From the NCBI GenBank assembly GCA_051653085.1, contig JBOFVL010000046.1, forward strand, positions 5,749 to 69,748: a stretch of DNA of 64,000 nucleotides. Direction: 5' to 3'. The first letter of the stretch is position 1. Each line of letters begins with the position of its first letter. The notes below the pieces were generated by a model. The model did no database searches. It was not told where the DNA came from and was given only the letters and a program-made list of their open reading frames with translations. Source of the DNA: Afipia sp. (GTDB taxonomy: Bacteria; Pseudomonadota; Alphaproteobacteria; Rhizobiales; Xanthobacteraceae). Of this stretch, positions 58,479 to 64,000 are shown piece by piece. The position numbers and the translations under genes are program-made.

Positions 58479-60089
58479 ATGCTCACCGAAACCAACAACT
58501 ACGACGAGCTGTATCGCAACTTCCGCTGGGACATTCCGGCGGCGTTCAACATCGCCACGGTTGCGTGCGACCGCCATGCCGACGGCACGGGCCAGCTCGC
58601 GCTGATTTATGTCGATGAGGACGGCGGCACGCGCCGGCTATCGTTCGACGAGATCAGCGATCTGTCCAAGCGCTTCGCCAATGTGCTGAAGGCCGACGGG
58701 CTTGCGCGCGGCGACCGCGTCGCGGTGTTCCTGTCGCAATCGGTCGAATTGCCGATCGCGCATCTGGCCGCGTTCCGCTCTGGATTGATCTCGGTGCCGC
58801 TGTTCACGCTGTTCGGCGAGGACGCGCTGGAATTTCGCCTCTCGAACAGCGGCGCGAAAGCCGTCGTTACGGACGAAGGCGGCTGGGAGAAGCTGTCGAA
58901 AATCCGCCATCGCCTGCCGTATCTGCAGGATATCTACGTCACCAGCGGCGCGCTCCATGCCGGCGCGAAATCGTTCTGGCAGGCCATCGAGGATGCCTCG
59001 GAGGATTTCACGACTGTCGAGACCAGTGCGGACGATCCCGCCATCATCATCTACACGTCAGGCACCACCGGTAATCCGAAGGGCGCGCTGCATGCTCATC
59101 GCGTGCTGCTCGGCCATCTGCCGAATGTCGAGATGGCGCATGATTTCTTCCCGAAGCCTGGCGATCTGATGTGGACGCCTGCGGACTGGGCATGGATCGG
59201 CGGGCTGTTCGATGCTCTGTTTCCGGCCTGGTATCACGGCGTGGCGATGCTCGGTCATCGCGCCAAGAAATTCGAACCGCAAGCGGCGATGCAACTGATG
59301 GCGGACCACGGCGTGCGCAACGTGTTCCTGCCGCCGACCGCGCTGAAGCTGATGCGGCAGGCCGGCGTCAAGCATGACGGTGTGAAGCTGCGCAGCATCT
59401 TCAGCGGCGGCGAGTCGCTCGGTGCCGAGCTGCTTGACTGGATGCGCGCCACCTTCGGCGTCAACGCGCATGAGATCTACGGCCAGACCGAATGCAATCT
59501 CGTGCTCGGCAACAACTCAAGCCTGTTTCCGATCAAGCCCGGATCGATGGGCAAGCCGACGCCGGGCTTCGATGTGCGCATCGTCAACGAACACGGTGAG
59601 GAATTGCCGCGCAATGAGCGCGGCATCGTCGGTGTGCGGGCGCCCAACCCGGTGATGATGCTCGAATATTGGAAGAACCCGGACGCGACGGCGAAAAAAT
59701 ATGCCGGCGGCTTTCTTCTGACCGGCGATCTTGGTGTGCAGGATGACGACGGCTATTTTTGGTACGTCAGCCGCGAGGACGACGTCATCACCAGCGCGGG
59801 CTATCGCATCGGCCCGTCGGAGATCGAACACACGCTGATGAAGCATCCCGCGGTGGCGATGTCCGCCGTGGTCGGGATTCCCGATCCGATCCGCACCGAA
59901 GCGATCAAGGCGTGGATCGTGCTGCGCCCGGGATTTGCGGCGAGCGATGCGCTCGCGAGGGAAATTCAGGATTTCGTCAAGGTGCAACTCGCCGCGCATG
60001 AATACCCGCGCCACATCCAGTTCGCCGACACCTTGCCGATGACGGCGACCGGCAAGGTGCTGCGGCGGGAATTGCGAAATCTGGGGTAG
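58479..60089 (+). CDS. Short/medium-chain acyl-CoA synthetase
   Basis: YTSGTTGNPKG, WAWIGG, YGQTE, TGD, GYRIGPSEIE, TGKV. Confidence 0.92.
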   Translation: MLTETNNYDELYRNFRWDIPAAFNIATVACDRHADGTGQLALIYVDEDGGTRRLSFDEISDLSKRFANVLKADGLARGDRVAVFLSQSVELPIAHLAAFRSGLISVPLFTLFGEDALEFRLSNSGAKAVVTDEGGWEKLSKIRHRLPYLQDIYVTSGALHAGAKSFWQAIEDASEDFTTVETSADDPAIIIYTSGTTGNPKGALHAHRVLLGHLPNVEMAHDFFPKPGDLMWTPADWAWIGGLFDALFPAWYHGVAMLGHRAKKFEPQAAMQLMADHGVRNVFLPPTALKLMRQAGVKHDGVKLRSIFSGGESLGAELLDWMRATFGVNAHEIYGQTECNLVLGNNSSLFPIKPGSMGKPTPGFDVRIVNEHGEELPRNERGIVGVRAPNPVMMLEYWKNPDATAKKYAGGFLLTGDLGVQDDDGYFWYVSREDDVITSAGYRIGPSEIEHTLMKHPAVAMSAVVGIPDPIRTEAIKAWIVLRPGFAASDALAREIQDFVKVQLAAHEYPRHIQFADTLPMTATGKVLRRELRNLG

Positions 60090-60108
60090 ACGACCGCGTT
60101 AGAAAGTT

Positions 60109-60182
60109 GTCATTGCCGGGCTTGACCCGGCAATCCATCTTTTCGAAGCAGGATGGATACGCGGGTCAAGCCCGCGTATGAC
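60109..60182. repeat. (C)GTC-tagged REP doublet
   Basis: gtcattgccgggcttgacccggcaatccatc...gatggatacgcgggtcaagcccgcgtatgac; same family as 56170. Confidence 0.85.
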
Positions 60183-60209
60183 GATTGAGTGTGTGGCGGC
60201 CGCTAAGGA

Positions 60210-60725
60210 TTAAGACGGAATCTCCACTCCCAGCTTCTTCAGCGCCTCCAGCATCCGCACCGGAGGCTCCATCTTCACCACCAGCGGCTTGCCGGTTTCC
60301 AGCACGCTCTTGAGGCTGGAGAGAATAGCCGGCCAGCCCGCGCGGCCGCCCGAAAGAATGTCCTCGCTGATTTCGTGCTCGTTAGCTTCCGTCATCGTCA
60401 GACGCACCGCGTCGCCAGCCTGTTCGATGTCGTAGGTCACGAGCGTCACGCCGAGCGCCTCGACCAGTCCCTTCCAGTTGACGTTGAACGTCACCGAGAG
60501 CTTTCGCGGCGGATCGTAGGCGATGACTTCGCCGTCGATATGCACCGCGCCGTCCGGTGCACGAAGCACGAAGGCGCCGCCGACCCTGTCTTCGACTTCG
60601 ACGCCGAAGCCCGAGAAATACTCTCTGCTGTACTCGGCGGAGGTCAGCGCTTCCCAGACCCTCTCCGGCGTTGAAGCGATATAGATGGTGTAGACGAGAG
60701 AGGGCTTGAACTTGCTGATGTCCAT
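60210..60725 (-). CDS. SRPBCC/AHSA1-like ligand-binding protein
   Basis: YTIYIASTPERVWEALT, GWPAILSSLKSVLETG. Confidence 0.88.
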   Translation of the reverse strand: MDISKFKPSLVYTIYIASTPERVWEALTSAEYSREYFSGFGVEVEDRVGGAFVLRAPDGAVHIDGEVIAYDPPRKLSVTFNVNWKGLVEALGVTLVTYDIEQAGDAVRLTMTEANEHEISEDILSGGRAGWPAILSSLKSVLETGKPLVVKMEPPVRMLEALKKLGVEIPS

Positions 60726-60733
60726 GACGATCC

Positions 60734-61186
60734 TCACGCGCCGCGCGCCAGATCGAAGTCGAGCGGCTTTCCGGTTTCGAGAATGCTCTTGAGGCTGGAC
60801 AGCACCAGCGGCCATCCGCCGGAAATGCTGGGCAACGTCTTGCTGCCTTCGGCGAAGTCCTCGTGGGTGACGGTGAGCTTGACGGCGGTGCCGTCCGGTT
60901 CGAGCGCGAACGTCACGCGGGAGGGGCGCTCCTTGATCATCTCCGCGTCGAACACTGAATGCCAGCTGTAGGACAGTCTGCGCGGTGGATCGGACTCCAG
61001 GATGACGCATTCGTTCACCACCTTGCCGCCCATGTGCATCTGCATGGGAGAGCCGGCCTTCCAGTCCGAGGTCAGGCTGCATCCGAACCAGTAGCTCAGT
61101 GTGAACTCCGTGTCGGTCAGGGCGTGCCAGAGCTTTTCCGGCGTGGTCTTGATGAAGGTCGTGTAGACGAACTCCGGCTTACGCAT
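60734..61186 (-). CDS. SRPBCC/AHSA1-like ligand-binding protein
   Basis: YTTFIKTTPEKLWHALTD, GGWPLVLSSLKSILETG. Confidence 0.88.
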   Translation of the reverse strand: MRKPEFVYTTFIKTTPEKLWHALTDTEFTLSYWFGCSLTSDWKAGSPMQMHMGGKVVNECVILESDPPRRLSYSWHSVFDAEMIKERPSRVTFALEPDGTAVKLTVTHEDFAEGSKTLPSISGGWPLVLSSLKSILETGKPLDFDLARGA

Positions 61187-61493
61187 CACGCTTCTCCAGT
61201 TGTCTTTTCAGCTCGCTGAGCGCCGCAAGCTTGCCGCGCTCGAATTTCCTGATCCACCGTTCTCCGATCTCGTGGATCGGAACGGGATTGAGGTAGTGCA
61301 GCTTCTCGCGGCCGTGCCTGATCGATGTGACAAGGTTCGCCGCTTCCAGAATCCCAAGGTGCTTGGTCACGGCCTGCCGCGTCATGGCGAGGCCGTCGCA
61401 CAGTTCAAGCAGCGTCTGGCCGTTGCGGGCATGAAGCCTGTCCAGCAGTGAGCGCCTTGAACCGTCGGCCAGTGCCTTGAAGACCTCATCCAT
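61179..61493 (-). CDS. ArsR/SmtB-family regulator
   Basis: VFKALADGSRRSLLD, MTRQAVTKHL..LE.ANLV, GREKLHYLN. Confidence 0.92.
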   Translation of the reverse strand: MDEVFKALADGSRRSLLDRLHARNGQTLLELCDGLAMTRQAVTKHLGILEAANLVTSIRHGREKLHYLNPVPIHEIGERWIRKFERGKLAALSELKRQLEKRDA

Positions 61494-61500
61494 GGTCAGG

Positions 61501-61530
61501 ATAATAGGCAACCAAATGGTTGCCTGTCAA
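61501..61530 (-). promoter_or_regulatory. arsR promoter with operator
   Basis: TTGACA (61530-61525)-N18-TATTAT (61506-61501); AGGCAACC-aaat-GGTTGCCT inverted repeat at 61506-61525. Confidence 0.75.
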
Positions 61531-61621
61531 GCAGCACCTCAAATCATTCGTCGTCGGGGTGAACCGCTTGCTTTCCCGCGACGTCTCATTCTTTGATGCC
61601 GCTCGTGCATCGGGGAACATC

Positions 61622-62239
61622 ATGTCGCTTCAGCTCTATCTCGCTTACGTCGCTGCCTGCGTCGCGCTCGCGATCCTGCCAGGCCCGATCGTCACGCTGG
61701 TCATCGCCAACGGACTTCGCCATGGCACGCGCGCCGCGTTGACCAATATCGCCGGCGCGCAGGCCGGACTTGCGATCGTGATCGCAATCATTGCGGTTGG
61801 CTTGACATCGCTGATGGCGACGATGGGCTACTGGTTCGAATGGGTGCGTTTTGCGGGCGCCGCCTATCTCATCTGGCTCGGCATCAAGCTGTTCCGGTCG
61901 ACAGGCGTGGTGTCGGCGACGGACGCGCCGCCGCCTCCGCCTCGGGGCGGCTTCTTCCTGCAGGGGTTTCTGGTGTTGCTGAGCAACCCAAAGGTGCTGG
62001 TGTTCTTCGGCGCCTTTATTCCGCAGTTCGTCGACATGAAACAGGATCACCTGCCGCAGGTCGCGCTGCTCGGGATCACCTTCATGGTCATTGCCGCCCT
62101 GTCCGATGGGACCTATGCGCTGCTGGCAGGCCGCGCAGGCAAGCTGCTGTCGGCGCAGCGCGTGCGGCTGGTGTCGCGCATCTCCGGCGGCGTCATGATC
62201 GGCGGCGGCGTCTGGCTCGCACTCACGCGCGCGAGATAA
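61622..62239 (+). CDS. LysE/RhtB-family translocator
   Basis: ILPGP, GAAYLIWLG, SNPK. Confidence 0.9.
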   Translation: MSLQLYLAYVAACVALAILPGPIVTLVIANGLRHGTRAALTNIAGAQAGLAIVIAIIAVGLTSLMATMGYWFEWVRFAGAAYLIWLGIKLFRSTGVVSATDAPPPPPRGGFFLQGFLVLLSNPKVLVFFGAFIPQFVDMKQDHLPQVALLGITFMVIAALSDGTYALLAGRAGKLLSAQRVRLVSRISGGVMIGGGVWLALTRAR

Positions 62240-62241
62240 TC

Positions 62242-63219
62242 ATGCTGCCGGATATTCCGTGGTTCGTTTATGCGATGCTGCTGGCTCCGGTGGGGCTCAT
62301 CGTTTTCGCGGCGATCTACAAATATCTTGAGGTGCGCGCCGCGAGCGACTGGCCGAGCGTGCCCGGTAAGGTGGTGATTTCGAAATCCGAGGTCCGGAAA
62401 GTAGAAGTGATCGACAGCGATCGCGAAGAGGGGCACCGCTTCGAGGAGCGCAATTTCGCGAACATCACCTACGAGTATTCGGTCGCGGGGCAGACGTACC
62501 GCAACAACCGCGTCACCATCGGCGAGGACCGCGGCAACTTCGAGGTCGCGGAAACCATCGCGCGCTATCCCATCGGCAAGGCGGTGACAGTCTATTACAA
62601 TCCGAACAAGCGAAGCGATGCCGTGCTCGATCGCGACATGCCGCAGGGCATGTGGGGCTGCATCGGCTGGATGGTGGCGATCACGGTCGTGCTGGTGTTC
62701 GGCTCCGCGATCGGCTTTCACAAGTTGACCGATTTCATCTCGACGAAACTTCCCCGTCCTGAAATGTCGGGAATGACAGTGGCGCTCGGGGCGTTCGGCG
62801 CGGCGATCGCGCTGTTCGCGCTGGCGTTCCATCGGCAGGCTGCGAAGGTGAGGACATGGCCGGTGGTGCCGGGAAAGATCAAGACATCCGGCCTGGAGGA
62901 GTTTCGCGCGGCACCCGAGGAAGGCCGCGCGCGTGGCGCGACCCAATTCCAGTCAAAGGTGTTGTATTCCTATCGCTACAACAATATCGACTATTCCGGC
63001 ACGCAGGCGAGCTATGGCGGGCAGGTCACGTCCACATCGCGCTGGATGATCGAGCGCCTCGCGAAAAAATATCCCAACGGCAAGGTCGTTGAGGTTCACG
63101 TCAATCCGGAGAATCCGTCGCAGGCGGTGCTGGAGACGCGCGCAACCGGCGTGTGGATTCTCTGGCTTTCCGCCATCGTGATCTGGGGTGTGGCGTATTA
63201 CATCGCGATCAAGGGCTAG
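62242..63219 (+). CDS. Membrane protein with two DUF3592-like domains
   Basis: Two repeats of W..VPGKV/I...Y.Y...Y...V.V..NP.....AVL, each flanked by TM helices. Confidence 0.8.
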   Translation: MLPDIPWFVYAMLLAPVGLIVFAAIYKYLEVRAASDWPSVPGKVVISKSEVRKVEVIDSDREEGHRFEERNFANITYEYSVAGQTYRNNRVTIGEDRGNFEVAETIARYPIGKAVTVYYNPNKRSDAVLDRDMPQGMWGCIGWMVAITVVLVFGSAIGFHKLTDFISTKLPRPEMSGMTVALGAFGAAIALFALAFHRQAAKVRTWPVVPGKIKTSGLEEFRAAPEEGRARGATQFQSKVLYSYRYNNIDYSGTQASYGGQVTSTSRWMIERLAKKYPNGKVVEVHVNPENPSQAVLETRATGVWILWLSAIVIWGVAYYIAIKG

Positions 63220-63222
63220 CGC

Positions 63223-64000
63223 TTACTCAGCGGGCATCAGCTTCCGGGCATGCAGCGCCTCTTCGATCCCACGCAACAGCCGCGCGAGCCGCTCCGCCCA
63301 TTGATGCTGACCGGACTGATCTTCAATCAGATCCTGCCGGATTTCGATGCCGGTATTCATGAGGCCGCGTTTCTCGGCATGCACCGGAAGGGTGTAGTCG
63401 GTCGCGTCGCTCACCGCATAAGGCTCATTGTCGCCGACCACGAGATCGCCTTCGTGGCGCAGCATGTCGCGCAACAGATGCGGCAGCCGGTTGTCGCGAT
63501 TGTAAAGCGTGCCGACGTGCCAGGGCCGCGCGATGCCGGCATAGACCGGCGTGAACGAATGCAGCGACACCAGAATGGTCGGCAGCCCCTGGGCCTTCCG
63601 TTGATCCAGCGCCTGCGCGATGCGTGTATGATACGGCGCGAACACCGCGCGCCGCCGCGCCGCGACCTGCTCGCTGGTCAGCCCGCCGTTGCCGGGAATT
63701 TCCGTCGCCTCGCTGATCAGCGGGATCGATCCCGGGCTGTCGAACGGCCGGTTGCAGTCGATCACGAGGCGCGAATAGCGCTGCGCGATCAGATGGACGT
63801 CCATCTCCTTCGCCAGCAAGGTCGCCACGCCAGCGATGCCGACGTCCCATGCGATATGGCGTTCCAGCTCGCCCGCGTGCACCCCGAGATCGCCGAGCGC
63901 GCGCGGAATCAGCCGGCCATAGTGATCGCAGGTGAAGAAGAAGGGCGAACGGCTTTCGACGTTTTCCTCGATGACCGGGGGAACTTCGTCGCTGTCCAGG
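63223..64000 (-). CDS. N-formylglutamate amidohydrolase (5' end beyond window)
   Basis: TCDH, HIAWDVG, YSRLVIDCNR, HSFTP, GDNEPY, IEIRQDLI; frame stays open to the window edge. Confidence 0.9.
   Translation of the reverse strand, partial: LDSDEVPPVIEENVESRSPFFFTCDHYGRLIPRALGDLGVHAGELERHIAWDVGIAGVATLLAKEMDVHLIAQRYSRLVIDCNRPFDSPGSIPLISEATEIPGNGGLTSEQVAARRRAVFAPYHTRIAQALDQRKAQGLPTILVSLHSFTPVYAGIARPWHVGTLYNRDNRLPHLLRDMLRHEGDLVVGDNEPYAVSDATDYTLPVHAEKRGLMNTGIEIRQDLIEDQSGQHQWAERLARLLRGIEEALHARKLMPAE

Overview
High-GC alphaproteobacterial chromosome segment. The gene set and order point to Hyphomicrobiales, probably Nitrobacteraceae/Xanthobacteraceae (inference). Most of it is core or semi-core: rpsU, aqpZ, purE-purK, scoAB, a phasin pair, tRNA-His, lsrB/vtlR-trxB-lrp, greA, carB...carA, yqeY. 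Accessory cargo is interleaved: two copper-resistance loci, three c-di-GMP enzymes, two incomplete ABC transporter operons, acyl-CoA ligases, tandem alpha/beta hydrolases and an ArsR-SRPBCC module. I found no integrase, transposase, prophage or CRISPR array. The most notable signals are non-coding or motif-level: (1) a family of ~75-bp CTAG-ended hairpins with a fixed 3-nt asymmetric bulge, present as head-to-head doublets at two loci with divergent but co-varying sequences; (2) a non-canonical tRNA-Cys-like gene with an 8-nt anticodon loop upstream of carB; (3) an unannotated AbcR-like anti-Shine-Dalgarno sRNA candidate with its own promoter and LsrB-type box next to lsrB; (4) a GIY-YIG nuclease remnant attached to a CGTC-type palindromic repeat; (5) an alpha/beta hydrolase gene between 34-bp duplicated terminators; (6) an intrinsic terminator 40 nt upstream of carB; (7) a PdhS-like kinase and a GlpD-like flavoprotein with degenerate catalytic motifs. 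All family assignments come from motif recognition by eye; no database search was run.
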